This document shows positions 10,131 to 23,587 of a stretch of DNA of 49,097 nucleotides, in pieces (the stretch's first letter is position 1; every line of letters starts with the position of its first letter). The translations under genes and the position numbers were made by a program. The DNA comes from Ferroacidibacillus organovorans. Lineage in GTDB: Bacteria; Bacillota; Bacilli; Alicyclobacillales; SLC66. The stretch covers positions 1 to 49,097 of the forward strand of contig NZ_LSUQ01000018.1 in the NCBI RefSeq assembly GCF_001642725.1, in the 5' to 3' direction. The notes under the pieces were generated by a model. That model was not told where the DNA came from. It did not search any database and saw only the letters and a list, made by a program, of their open reading frames with translations.

Positions 10131-11114
10131 CTACAGCAGAGCAACGCCGGCGGTCACGATCAGGTTCGCGAGCGCGACTGGGATCAATACTTTCCACGCG
10201 AAGCCCATCAACTGGTCACCGCGAATACGTGGCATGGTGGCGCGCACCCAGAATATGAAGAAGATGCAGGCGCTCGTTTTGATCGCAAACCAGATCCAGG
10301 ACGGTAGAAACGGTCCGCTCCACCCGCCGAGAAAAAGGGTCGTGGCGAGCGCACAGAGCGCAAAAACGTAAACGTACTCGGTGAGCATGAAGAAGGCGAA
10401 GCGAAACCCTGAGTACTCTGTGAAGTAACCAGCAACCAGTTCGGATTCAGCTTCTGGGAGGTCAAACGGCGTCCGATTGAGCTCAGCGAGTCCCGCGATC
10501 ATGAAGATGATGAACCCGACAATCTGTGGGATGATATACCAGATGTGCCGCGATTGGGCGACGACGATCGTGTTTAAATTGAGCGAACCCGTCAGCAGGA
10601 CGACGCCGATGACCGACATGCCAAGCGGAATCTCATAGCTGACCATTTGGGCGGCGGAGCGCATTCCCCCGAGTAGGGAGTATTTGTTGTTTGACGCCCA
10701 CCCTCCGAGCACGATGCCGAGGATCGTAATGGAAGAGAGTGCGAGATAAAGCAGAAGCCCTACTTGTGTGTTTGATGTAAACACGTGGGTCGCGGTGAAC
10801 GGAATGAGTGCAAGCACCATAAAAGATGGCACAAAGGCGATGATCGGCGCCAGCAAAAAGAGTGAGCGATCTGCGTTTTCTGGGACGATATCCTCTTTGA
10901 TCAGCAGTTTGAGCACGTCTGCAATCGACTGCATGAGACCGAACGGCCCTACGCGATTCGGCCCGATCCGCAGTTGCATCCAACCGATGATCTTGCGTTC
11001 AAAATAGATCAGGTACGTGACGATGCCAAGGATGAGTCCGAGTATGAGAACACCGCCGATGACCATGCCGAGAAACCCTATGCCAGTAAGCGGGGAGGAT
11101 TGCCAATTCAGCAT
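10131..11114 (-). CDS. nuoH: NADH-quinone oxidoreductase subunit H
   Basis: ERKIIGWMQLRIGPNRVGP, NNKYSLLGGMRSAAQMVSYE, NRTPFDLPEAESELVAGY. Confidence 0.97.
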   Translation of the reverse strand: MLNWQSSPLTGIGFLGMVIGGVLILGLILGIVTYLIYFERKIIGWMQLRIGPNRVGPFGLMQSIADVLKLLIKEDIVPENADRSLFLLAPIIAFVPSFMVLALIPFTATHVFTSNTQVGLLLYLALSSITILGIVLGGWASNNKYSLLGGMRSAAQMVSYEIPLGMSVIGVVLLTGSLNLNTIVVAQSRHIWYIIPQIVGFIIFMIAGLAELNRTPFDLPEAESELVAGYFTEYSGFRFAFFMLTEYVYVFALCALATTLFLGGWSGPFLPSWIWFAIKTSACIFFIFWVRATMPRIRGDQLMGFAWKVLIPVALANLIVTAGVALL

Positions 11115-12217
11115 TACCCGTCCACCTCCCCAAGCACAATATCCACAGCGCCTAAAATGGCAATCAGGTTCGACATGCTCTGTCCGATCAGCAATTTGCG
11201 GAGAATCTGCAGATTGACAAAAGATGGTCGGCGCAGTTTGAGGCGATACGGCTTATCCTTGCCGTCTGACACGATATAGACGCCGAGTTCGCCGCGCGCA
11301 CCTTCGATTCCAGCGTAATACTCGCCCGCCGGAACGCGAATGAGCTTTGGCACCTTCCCGAGGATCAGGCCGTCTCCAATCGCTTCCACCGCCTGTTCGA
11401 CGATGCGCAGCGACTGTTCCATCTCCAACATGTGCAGCCAATAGCGATCGAAACAATCGCCCTTTTGCCCGAGCACGACGTCAAAGTCGAACCGATCGTA
11501 GATTCCGTAGGGTTGATTTTTGCGCAAATCCCAGTTGAATCCGGTGGAGCGTAGATTGATCCCTGACAAGCTGTGATTGATCGCTTCTTCCTGCGTGAAG
11601 ACGCCTGTACCTTTCACGCGATTGAGAAAAATCTCGTTGCCTGAAATCAGGTCGTCGTACATGCGAATCTTTTCGCGCATAAAAGGGATGAACTCGCGCA
11701 CCTTTTGCAGCCATCCGGGAGGCGCGTCCCATTTCACACCGCCGATGCGCATGTAGTTGTATGTGAGACGGGCGCCGCAGATTTCGGTGAACAGTTGCAC
11801 GATGCGCTCGCGCTCTTGAAACACGTACAAAAATGGGCTCATCGCGCCAAGATCAAGCAGATACGCGCCGACAAACAGGAGGTGCGAGGCGATGCGATTG
11901 AGTTCCATCACGATGATCCGCAAGTGCTCTGCGCGCTCCGGAATCTCCAGATCGAGCGCATACTCGACGGCGTGCACGAGCGCGTAGTTGTTGATCATCG
12001 AGGCGAGGTAGTCCAGACGATCGGTATACGGTATGATCTGCGTGTACTGTAAATTTTCGGCAAGCTTCTCTGTTCCCCTGTGAAGGTATCCCACCACAGG
12101 GTCGGCGTCGACAATCTCTTCACCGTCAATGGTGACCACCAGGCGGAACACGCCGTGCGTGCTCGGATGCTGTGGGCCGACGTTTAGAATCATTTCTTCC
12201 GATCGTAGTGTACTCAT
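11114..12217 (-). CDS. nuoD: NADH-quinone oxidoreductase subunit D
   Basis: NVGPQHPSTHGVFRL, GYLHRGTEK, DRLDYL, DIVLGEVDG. Confidence 0.97.
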   Translation of the reverse strand: MSTLRSEEMILNVGPQHPSTHGVFRLVVTIDGEEIVDADPVVGYLHRGTEKLAENLQYTQIIPYTDRLDYLASMINNYALVHAVEYALDLEIPERAEHLRIIVMELNRIASHLLFVGAYLLDLGAMSPFLYVFQERERIVQLFTEICGARLTYNYMRIGGVKWDAPPGWLQKVREFIPFMREKIRMYDDLISGNEIFLNRVKGTGVFTQEEAINHSLSGINLRSTGFNWDLRKNQPYGIYDRFDFDVVLGQKGDCFDRYWLHMLEMEQSLRIVEQAVEAIGDGLILGKVPKLIRVPAGEYYAGIEGARGELGVYIVSDGKDKPYRLKLRRPSFVNLQILRKLLIGQSMSNLIAILGAVDIVLGEVDG

Positions 12218-12858
12218 TCGCGGGTTTCACCTCCGATGTGCGGAGCGTTTTCAAACTCCGAAAAGTCTTTGCGGAGCGGATAACCGTTCCACTCTTCCCA
12301 CATCATGATGCGCCGCAAGTCGGGGTGTCCCGTGAATTGAATTCCGAGTAAGTCATACACCTCGCGCTCTTCCCAGTTGAGTCCCGCAAAAAGTGGGGTG
12401 AGCGACGCCAACTCTGCCGGGTCGCGCGGTGTGCGCGTTTTCAAGCGAATTCTGCGTCCGCGTGTAAACGAGTGGACTTCGAAAATCACTTCGATGTAAT
12501 CCTTGTAGTCGGTACCCGCAAAGACCTGAATGTAGACAAACTGTTGTTCAGGATCTTCTTTGAGATATTTCACGACAGGATACCAGGCGGCCTGTTCGAT
12601 GCGCAAAACAGGGAGTGACTTTGTCGCCGAAATCTCCGCGACGACACCTGCACCGCACGCTTTCTCGACCTCATCTTTTAACGACTCCGCGTACGCAGTC
12701 GCCTCAAGCACTCGCGGATCGGGCGGCGGCGGCGCTTTGGCGGGTCGGGCGGGTGGGTCTTTTTTGACGGTTCCTTCTGTGGCTGCGACCGTTTTTTCTG
12801 GTGTTGCAGCCTTTTCTTGTTCTCCTGCTTGTTCTACTGAGGGGTTCTCGTCGGTCAA
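12214..12858 (-). CDS. nuoC: NADH-quinone oxidoreductase subunit C
   Basis: [23 protein letters not shown]...YPLRKDF; TTG start overlapping the nuoB stop. Confidence 0.94.
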   Translation of the reverse strand: MTDENPSVEQAGEQEKAATPEKTVAATEGTVKKDPPARPAKAPPPPDPRVLEATAYAESLKDEVEKACGAGVVAEISATKSLPVLRIEQAAWYPVVKYLKEDPEQQFVYIQVFAGTDYKDYIEVIFEVHSFTRGRRIRLKTRTPRDPAELASLTPLFAGLNWEEREVYDLLGIQFTGHPDLRRIMMWEEWNGYPLRKDFSEFENAPHIGGETRE

Positions 12859-13406
12859 CTCGACACCCTCTTCCCTGCGGCTTCCGTGCGGATCTTCTCC
12901 TGGAGCTTGTTAAGTCCATAGATGAGCGCAGGAGGCGACGGCGGACAACCTGGAATGTACACGTCGACGGGCACGATCTGGTCGACCCCTTTAACAACCG
13001 AATAGGAGCGCACATACGGACCACCCGCCGTCGCGCACGAACCCATCGCGATCACCCATTTCGGGTCAGGCATTTGATCATACAGTCGACGTAGCAGCGG
13101 CGCCATTTTTTTTGTCACCGTTCCCGCAACGATCATCACGTCTGACTGTCGCGGTGACGCGCGAAAGATGATCCCGAACCGATCCAGGTCGTAGTGTGAC
13201 GCGCCTGCGCCCATCATCTCAATGGCACAGCAGGCGAGCCCAAAGGTCATCGGCCACAAACTGTTGCTGCGCGCCCACCCTTTGATCTGTTCAAGCGTAC
13301 TGACCACCACGCCTGCCCGGCGCAACTCTTGTGACTCTTCTTCGGTAAAGCCTTCATAGTGAATGACAGGAAGTGACGCGCCATGCGAAGAACCGCCTAC
13401 ATCCAT
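12855..13406 (-). CDS. nuoB: NADH-quinone oxidoreductase subunit B
   Basis: [35 protein letters not shown]; start set to ATG 13406 overlapping the nuoA end. Confidence 0.95.
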   Translation of the reverse strand: MDVGGSSHGASLPVIHYEGFTEEESQELRRAGVVVSTLEQIKGWARSNSLWPMTFGLACCAIEMMGAGASHYDLDRFGIIFRASPRQSDVMIVAGTVTKKMAPLLRRLYDQMPDPKWVIAMGSCATAGGPYVRSYSVVKGVDQIVPVDVYIPGCPPSPPALIYGLNKLQEKIRTEAAGKRVSS

Positions 13407-13759
13407 TCCAGCACCTTCTTCCTCCAGGCATACATCAGGCCGATCAAAAGGAGAACGACAAAGATCATCATCTCGACGTAGCCAAACACACCCAAGGTGT
13501 GATATGAAACAGCCCACGGATACAAGAAGATGATCTCCACATCAAAAATGACAAACATCAGTGCAAATAAATAATATCGCACATTGTAGCGCGAACGCGC
13601 GTCACCGATCGGCTCAAGGCCGCTCTCATACGTTGCGTTCTTTGCTTTAGACGGTTTGCTAGGGCGCAGCAACGGCCCCAACACTGCGAGTGCACCGATT
13701 GGGAGCGCAATGGCGAGCACGAGAAAAACCAATAAAAAAATAAATGCGTTTGCGTACAG
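13397..13759 (-). CDS. nuoA: NADH-quinone oxidoreductase subunit A (start uncertain; CTG 13759 proposed)
   Basis: [37 protein letters not shown]. Family-like sequence begins at LYANAF, 6 nt after GGGGGG; the in-frame ATG at 13819 lies inside a -10 box. Confidence 0.93.
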   Translation of the reverse strand: MYANAFIFLLVFLVLAIALPIGALAVLGPLLRPSKPSKAKNATYESGLEPIGDARSRYNVRYYLFALMFVIFDVEIIFLYPWAVSYHTLGVFGYVEMMIFVVLLLIGLMYAWRKKVLEWM

Positions 13760-13817
13760 ACGGATCCCCCCGTATCTACACGTATCAAGAAATCGAGCAA
13801 GGTATGACTCCTCCGCC

Positions 13818-13847
13818 ATTATAACAGAGTGTAGAAATTTATAACAA
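13818..13847 (-). promoter_or_regulatory. Sigma-A promoter of the nuo operon (extended -10)
   Basis: TGTTATAAT at 13826-13818; possible -35 TTGTTA at 13847-13842; just downstream of the atp terminator. Confidence 0.65.
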
Positions 13848-13862
13848 CAGATTATGGGAATA

Positions 13863-13906
13863 TAAGGAAAGCCCGTCGCGCTGATTTAAAATCAGTGCGA
13901 CGGGCT
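13863..13906 (-). terminator. Intrinsic terminator of the atp operon
   Basis: Long inverted repeat AGCCCGTCGCACTGATTT/AAATCAGCGCGACGGGCT (one mismatch) followed by TTCCTTAT on the minus strand, just after the atpC stop. Confidence 0.75.
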
Positions 13907-13914
13907 CCAGAGGA

Positions 13915-14337
13915 TCAGCGTTGCATGGCGTTCTTAGGAGAAAGTTCAGACGCGCGCAGGCGATTGAGCGATCGTTCAAGCGCGAGCTCAGCGCGCATGA
14001 CATCAACGTCATCTCCGCGCAGCGACAGCCGTTCTTCTGCGCGTTCTTTCGCGCGCATTGCGCGTTCCACGTCGACTGCAGATCCAATCTCCGCGGCATT
14101 GACGAGGAGTGACACCTGATCAGGAAGAACGTGTAAAAACCCATCAGTAGTCGCCACATAATCTTCGCCACGTTCTGTGCGAATCTTCACGATACCCGGT
14201 TTCACCGTCGTCGCGAGCGGCGCGTGACGCGGAAGTACTCCGATTTCGCCAGCGCCTGTCCGAACCGTGAGAAACTCGACCTGTTCCGAAAACACGACGC
14301 GATCTGGTGTCACGATCTCGAATGGAATCGTACTCAT
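13915..14337 (-). CDS. atpC: F1F0 ATP synthase subunit epsilon
   Basis: EIVTPDR, GEIGVLPRHAPL, RAMRAKERAEERL. Confidence 0.97.
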   Translation of the reverse strand: MSTIPFEIVTPDRVVFSEQVEFLTVRTGAGEIGVLPRHAPLATTVKPGIVKIRTERGEDYVATTDGFLHVLPDQVSLLVNAAEIGSAVDVERAMRAKERAEERLSLRGDDVDVMRAELALERSLNRLRASELSPKNAMQR

Positions 14338-14355
14338 GCGGTCACCTCCTCGGAG

Positions 14356-16642
<2,287 letters not shown>

Positions 16643-16695
16643 TGCTTCACCACCCTTGCCTCTCGGCCGTATTCATCAAAAGCGGATCGATCAGA

Positions 16696-18216
<1,521 letters not shown>

Positions 18217-18765
18217 TCACACAATCCGTTTCTCTGCAAGCGCGACACTCAGTTGGCGAAGCGCATTTTTAACTGTCGAATCGATCACGCGATTGCCGAG
18301 TTGAATTTTATAACCGGCAATCAGTTCCGGATCGATGTCGATCACCGCTTCAATCTCTTTTGAGAGCGCTGCTTTCAAGCTCTGTGTCACACTCTCGCGC
18401 TGCTCTTCCGTCAACGGTTTCGCCGACGTGATGCGCACATCCACGCGTCCGTAGTAGTCATTCGCATGCGCATGGAAAACGCTCGCGATGGCTGACACGT
18501 ATTCCGCGCGTTTACGCTTGAAGAGAACCGCCAGAAATGTGAGCAAAACATCTGGCACACGTCCGGATAGCACCTTATGCAACACGCCCTGTTTCTGGTC
18601 AAACGACACCAGTGGGCTTTCAAAAAAGCGTCGAAACGACTCGGTTTGTGCAAGTGCTGCGGCGAGCGCTTGAAGGCTCTCATCGACATTCGACACTTGC
18701 CCCGCATCCACCGCCGCAAGAAACAACCCTTGCGTATAGCGGTGTGTTACAGCGCCGTTTAGCAT
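18217..18765 (-). CDS. atpH: F1F0 ATP synthase subunit delta
   Basis: Position between atpF and atpA; IDPELIAGYKIQLGNRVIDSTVK. Confidence 0.93.
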   Translation of the reverse strand: MLNGAVTHRYTQGLFLAAVDAGQVSNVDESLQALAAALAQTESFRRFFESPLVSFDQKQGVLHKVLSGRVPDVLLTFLAVLFKRKRAEYVSAIASVFHAHANDYYGRVDVRITSAKPLTEEQRESVTQSLKAALSKEIEAVIDIDPELIAGYKIQLGNRVIDSTVKNALRQLSVALAEKRIV

Positions 18766-19244
18766 ACCAGTTCACCCAGGCGCTGCTGTGCTTCGTCCAT
18801 CATCGACTGGTGTTCGGTCTCCGTCACATGATGGCGAAGCAACCCTTCACTAAGCTGCACGGTGAGTGACGCGACCGACGCGAGAACGGCATTCATCGCT
18901 TCGGCGCGCTCCCGTTCGATCAATTGGCGACTCGACTCAAGCAGTCGCTGCGCTTCTTCCTGCGCTTGCAAAAGAATCTCACGCGCCTGATCGTCTGCGC
19001 GCACGCGCGCTGTATCGAGCATCTCTTTCACTTGGCGCTTTGCATCTTCAAGGATCGCTTTTTGCTCATTTAATTGCGACTCGCTCATCTTACGAGCGCG
19101 CTCCGCTTCTGACAGCTCATTCATCACATACTGACGTCGCTTTTCAAGCATGTTGTTAAGCGGTTCGAACCCAACTTTTCGGATGATCAAAAACAGAATC
19201 AAGAACGTGACGATCGAGACGACAAACGTACCTAATTCGAACAA
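18759..19244 (-). CDS. atpF: F1F0 ATP synthase subunit b
   Basis: N-terminal TM helix followed by coiled coil (PLNNMLEKRRQ); operon position. Confidence 0.93.
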   Translation of the reverse strand: MFELGTFVVSIVTFLILFLIIRKVGFEPLNNMLEKRRQYVMNELSEAERARKMSESQLNEQKAILEDAKRQVKEMLDTARVRADDQAREILLQAQEEAQRLLESSRQLIERERAEAMNAVLASVASLTVQLSEGLLRHHVTETEHQSMMDEAQQRLGELVC

Positions 19245-19326
19245 GGTCGTATTTCTCCCCTTTCTTTCTTACGTCATGCGCGGCTGTTCCTGTATTTACA
19301 CAGGCTACCCGCCATGCGCGGGCGAC

Positions 19327-19590
<264 letters not shown>

Positions 19591-19636
19591 TTATAGTGTG
19601 TTGCGTGGGGTGTGCCAATGACAAACTGGCTTCCCC

Positions 19637-20395
19637 TTAATGATCGGTTTGTTCGCCGTACGATTTATGGCCAATGTACAGTGTCATCAAGATCGTAAAG
19701 ACGTAAGCTTGGATGCTGCTCACGAACGCGCTGTAAAAAAGCCAGACCAAGAGAAGCGGCAAGCCGATCGGGATCACGTGGTAAAGGATCGGAATGCTTA
19801 AAATGACGCCGATCAATGCTTCACCCGCAAAAATATTCCCGTAGAGACGCATCCCGTGCGTGAGCGGGTTGGTGATCTCCTCAATGATAAACATTGGGTT
19901 TTTATAGTGACGCAACCACTTGCGAGGCGTTTTAAGTCCTTGAAAATGGCTGATCACCCACACCATAAACGCCATCCCAAGCGTCATGCTCATGTTTGCC
20001 GTAGGCGAATCATAAAGCGGAACCTCACCGTGCGCCTGCGCGAGTTTTTGCGCAGTGATTCCAAGCCACGGGATCGGATGATTTGTGTTGATGCTGACCG
20101 TAGCAATCACGCCGAGCCAGTTTGACACAAACAAAAACAGAAGCATCGTAAACGCGAGCGGAAGAACCCACTGCACCAGGCGCTGTGAAGGCATCGTATC
20201 TTTGGCCATATTCGCCGTAAACTCGATGATCCACTCCACGAGGTTTTGCATTTTTCCAGGTTCACGCACGCTGAGACGACTTGCGGCGACGCGCAAAAAA
20301 ATAATCACAACCAAACCTGCCAAGATCATCATGGCGATCGTCGTCAAGTTGATTGGAAAGGCACTGTTTGGAAACAGCATTGGAAATGCGGACAT
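19637..20395 (-). CDS. atpB: F1F0 ATP synthase subunit a
   Basis: PGKMQNLVEW, SPTAN, MRLYGNIFAGE, IQAYVFTIL. Confidence 0.96.
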   Translation of the reverse strand: MSAFPMLFPNSAFPINLTTIAMMILAGLVVIIFLRVAASRLSVREPGKMQNLVEWIIEFTANMAKDTMPSQRLVQWVLPLAFTMLLFLFVSNWLGVIATVSINTNHPIPWLGITAQKLAQAHGEVPLYDSPTANMSMTLGMAFMVWVISHFQGLKTPRKWLRHYKNPMFIIEEITNPLTHGMRLYGNIFAGEALIGVILSIPILYHVIPIGLPLLLVWLFYSAFVSSIQAYVFTILMTLYIGHKSYGEQTDH

Positions 20396-20403
20396 TCATT
20401 CAC

Positions 20404-20802
20404 CTACTTTCCCCCGGGAAATCGACGGCTGTTTTGGGCCATCCCCCACATGCCAATCACGATGAGCACGAGCCCTATTAGATAGCCGACAAGGGCAGCG
20501 TAGGGGTTGAGTCCTGACTTGATCGCGACGATCAAAACCGTCACCAAAACGACCAAGCGCGTAACCATCCCCATCATGCCTGAGGCGAACAGCGCACGTC
20601 CCTCCATACCATCTTTTACATGGCCTTGGCGAATCATGCTATAAATTACGTAAATCCCACCCAATTCTCCCAACAAAAGTCCTTTTAGGATCGCGCCGGC
20701 ATGCGGAAAAACGAACAATGCGATTAGCGACAGGGCAAGCACAAGCAAGCCCATGCGCCAGACCATGCGCACACGCCGATTCAATTCTTGCAGATCGTTC
20801 AT
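20404..20802 (-). CDS. atpI: ATP synthase accessory protein I
   Basis: 132 aa, four hydrophobic segments, GLLLG and GMVTR motifs, directly upstream of atpB. Confidence 0.8.
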   Translation of the reverse strand: MNDLQELNRRVRMVWRMGLLVLALSLIALFVFPHAGAILKGLLLGELGGIYVIYSMIRQGHVKDGMEGRALFASGMMGMVTRLVVLVTVLIVAIKSGLNPYAALVGYLIGLVLIVIGMWGMAQNSRRFPGGK

Positions 20803-21047
20803 GGCTTCTCTCCCAAAAAGCGTTTAATCAGGAACGACAAGCCGTAAACCCCTGCGAGCAATCCGAACAGCACACCGACGAGCGTCGGCCATGCAACGTT
20901 CCATCGTTGGGAAAGGGCATGACCCAAAAATCCAAAAACAATCATGGAGACCAACAATTGAAGGGAAGCGCCAGAAAATACTGCAAACGCTTTCCACTCT
21001 TCATTTTTCTGGCCCGACCCTCGATCATCTTTGATCTTGGACACCAC
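20799..21047 (-). CDS. AtpZ/AtpI-family small membrane protein
   Basis: 82 aa, two TM segments with G-x-x-L-x-x-x-W-x-x-x-W-P-T-L-V-G pattern; first gene of the atp operon, overlapping atpI. Confidence 0.75.
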   Translation of the reverse strand: MVSKIKDDRGSGQKNEEWKAFAVFSGASLQLLVSMIVFGFLGHALSQRWNVAWPTLVGVLFGLLAGVYGLSFLIKRFLGEKP

Positions 21048-21211
21048 CCAAACATGTCAGTGGGAGGATTACGCAGTTGCGGTCAACCTCTGTCGGTTCC
21101 AAACCGGCTAGCGACCCAATTGTAGCTGGGGATAAATGGAGCGGGAATCCTGACAGACTACCCAGTAATATCATAACACCATAAGGCCTGCCTAACCGGG
21201 ACCCGCTATAG

Positions 21212-21241
21212 ATACTACACTAGTACGAAAAACATTGTCAA
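21212..21241 (-). promoter_or_regulatory. Candidate sigma-A promoter of the atp operon
   Basis: TTGACA-N18-TAGTAT on the minus strand; a second extended -10, TGTTATGAT, at 21178-21170. Confidence 0.5.
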
Positions 21242-21305
21242 TGAAACCTAAACGCGAACACGCCGCGAAACATGACGATTTTCTGAATCCGTATGAATAG
21301 ACGTC

Positions 21306-21479
21306 TTATTGCTCATCTGTGACTTCTTCATGTTCGACAACGACATGCGTATACTCATAGCCGTGCGTGCAATGCTCACAGTGTACGCGCACGACGCGCT
21401 CCCCGACAGGGATGCGCAGACGGTTGTGTTTTCCGCACTGCGGGCACTCTGAGTCGATCTCCCAATGCGTATGCTTCAC
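21306..21479 (-). CDS. Small hypothetical zinc-ribbon protein (57 aa)
   Basis: Two CxxC motifs (CPQC, CEHC), His-rich; GTG start after AAGGGGGTGA; fills the gap between wecB and the atp promoter. Confidence 0.7.
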   Translation of the reverse strand: MKHTHWEIDSECPQCGKHNRLRIPVGERVVRVHCEHCTHGYEYTHVVVEHEEVTDEQ

Positions 21480-21511
21480 TTCACTCACCCCCTTACCAGC
21501 GTATGCCACAT

Positions 21512-22672
21512 TTAACGATTTTCGTCTTTTGATTTTGGGACAAACGCGGCCGGACGAGCGCCCTGATAAAAATAGTGTTTCAGCGCCTCTACAATCCGTT
21601 CTGACGCAAAGCCGTCGCCATACGGACTCGCGGCGATCGCCATCTCGCGATGCGCGTTCTCATCCGTCAACAGTTCGAGCGCTTGAGTATAAACCTGCTC
21701 ATATTCCGTCCCGACGAGACGAAGCGTTCCCGCCTCAATTCCTTCTGGCCGCTCCGTGGTATCCCTCAATACGAGACAGGGCACCCCGAGGTAGGGCGCT
21801 TCTTCCTGCATCCCGCCTGAGTCCGTGAGAATGAGGTGCGCCCGCGCCATAAAATTGTGCGCATCCATCACATCGAGCGGGTCAATCAGCGAAATCCGCG
21901 GATGTTCTCCAAGAATTCTCGCCGCAGGCTCACGCACGGCAGGGTTAAGGTGAACTGGGTACACGACATGCACATCCTCGACGCGATCAACCAGATCCCG
22001 TACAGCGCGAAAGATCTGCTCAAACTTGTCGCCCAGATTCTCGCGGCGATGCGCCGTCATGAAAACCAAGCGCTGCCCTTCTTTCACCGCATCTAGAACT
22101 GGGTGGCGATAGTCCTTTTTCACGGTCGTTTTCATCGCATCAATTGCCGTATTCCCGGTGATAAAGATCGCGTCTTCCGGTTTGTTCTCGGCAAGCAGAT
22201 TGCGCGCCGCCATCGCCGTCGGCGCAAAGTGAAGATCCGCCATCACGCCGGTCAGCTGACGATTCATCTCTTCCGGAAACGGGGAATACTTGTTCCACGT
22301 GCGCAGCCCAGCCTCCACATGGCCGATCGCAATCTGCTGATAATACGCGGCGAGACCCGCTGCAAACGTCGTCGTCGTATCGCCGTGCACCAACACGATA
22401 TCTGGTTTTTCTTCAGCCAAAACATCCTCCAGCAGACGAAGCACCTTCACAGAAATGCGCGTGAGCGTCTGCCGCGCCTCCATGATGTCCAAGTCATGAT
22501 CTGGAACAATGTCAAACGTCTGCAGCACCTGATCGAGTTGTTCGCGATGTTGCGCAGTGACACATACAATCGTTTCAAACGCCTCAGCGCGCCGAAGCGC
22601 CTGTACGAGCGGAGCCATCTTTACTGCTTCAGGACGCGTCCCAAAGATTGTCATCACACGTTTACGTGACAT
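21512..22672 (-). CDS. wecB: UDP-N-acetylglucosamine 2-epimerase (non-hydrolysing)
   Basis: FGTRPEAVKMAP, VHGDTTT, HVEAGLRT, PFPEEMNR, TDSGGMQEEAP. Confidence 0.97.
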   Translation of the reverse strand: MSRKRVMTIFGTRPEAVKMAPLVQALRRAEAFETIVCVTAQHREQLDQVLQTFDIVPDHDLDIMEARQTLTRISVKVLRLLEDVLAEEKPDIVLVHGDTTTTFAAGLAAYYQQIAIGHVEAGLRTWNKYSPFPEEMNRQLTGVMADLHFAPTAMAARNLLAENKPEDAIFITGNTAIDAMKTTVKKDYRHPVLDAVKEGQRLVFMTAHRRENLGDKFEQIFRAVRDLVDRVEDVHVVYPVHLNPAVREPAARILGEHPRISLIDPLDVMDAHNFMARAHLILTDSGGMQEEAPYLGVPCLVLRDTTERPEGIEAGTLRLVGTEYEQVYTQALELLTDENAHREMAIAASPYGDGFASERIVEALKHYFYQGARPAAFVPKSKDENR

Positions 22673-22694
22673 GCATTACCCTCCGCGCCGACTG

Positions 22695-23321
22695 TCAAAG
22701 TGTGCCAAACATGCGGTCTCCCGCGTCCCCGAGTCCAGGAACAATATACCCGCGCTCATTCAGTTTTTGATCGATTGAGATCGTGACGACCTGAACATCC
22801 GGGTGATCACGTTCCAAGCGCTCAATCCCTTCAGGCGCCGCGATAATCGAAGCAAGCAGCAAACGCTTTGCCCCGCGTTCTTTCAAGCGGGTAAGCGCGG
22901 CGCTGGCAGAGCCGCCCGTCGCGAGCATCGGATCGAGCACGATCACCATGCGCTCTTCGAGGTTCCCCGGCGTGTTTGCATAATACTCAATCGGTTGCAG
23001 TGTCTCGTGATCCCGATACAATCCCAAATGTCCAACCGTGGCACGCGTCAAAATTGTCAACATGCCCTCGACCATTCCGAGGCCTGCGCGTAAAATAGGA
23101 ACGAGAACAATCTCTTCCGCTGCGACACTCATCTCAGCTTTCGTGACGGGCGTCTCAATCTCGACCGTCTGCATGCGCAATTCTTCTGTGCTTGTGATGG
23201 CGAGATAGATCGCCAGTTGCGAAATCAACGCGCGAAACTGTGGCACGTCTGTCTCGCGATTACGAAGTCTTGCCAATGCATCCTGCGCGAGCGGATGCTT
23301 CACGAGTTTAACAGCGGTCAC
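22695..23321 (-). CDS. upp: Uracil phosphoribosyltransferase
   Basis: VPILRAGLGM, LDPMLATGGS, YIVPGLGDAGDRMFGT. Confidence 0.98.
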   Translation of the reverse strand: MTAVKLVKHPLAQDALARLRNRETDVPQFRALISQLAIYLAITSTEELRMQTVEIETPVTKAEMSVAAEEIVLVPILRAGLGMVEGMLTILTRATVGHLGLYRDHETLQPIEYYANTPGNLEERMVIVLDPMLATGGSASAALTRLKERGAKRLLLASIIAAPEGIERLERDHPDVQVVTISIDQKLNERGYIVPGLGDAGDRMFGTL

Positions 23322-23587
23322 CTTGTTTCACCCTTATCCATTGTACAAGTTTTGCTCATTATACCTGAGCTTACCCTTTCGACGCGAATCTTCCTCAATC
23401 CTGCACAAAGAAGCTTTCGTCTTCGCAAAAAGGATTGACACATTTTAGCGTCGAGGATGAGGTTTACATGAACCTCTTCATGGTAAGATTGGTTAGTTAC
23501 GAGCACTCATTACGCAATTATTCTTTAAGCTGTTACAATGACGAATGGGATGTCCTGATTTGTAGAAGTTCGCTAGGAGGTTCCACC

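Noticed and set aside
13826..13850. Rex operator at the nuo promoter
   Set aside because: TTGTTATAAATTTCTACA has several mismatches to TTGTGAA-N4-TTCACAA; the TGTTATAA direct repeat is explained by the promoter elements.
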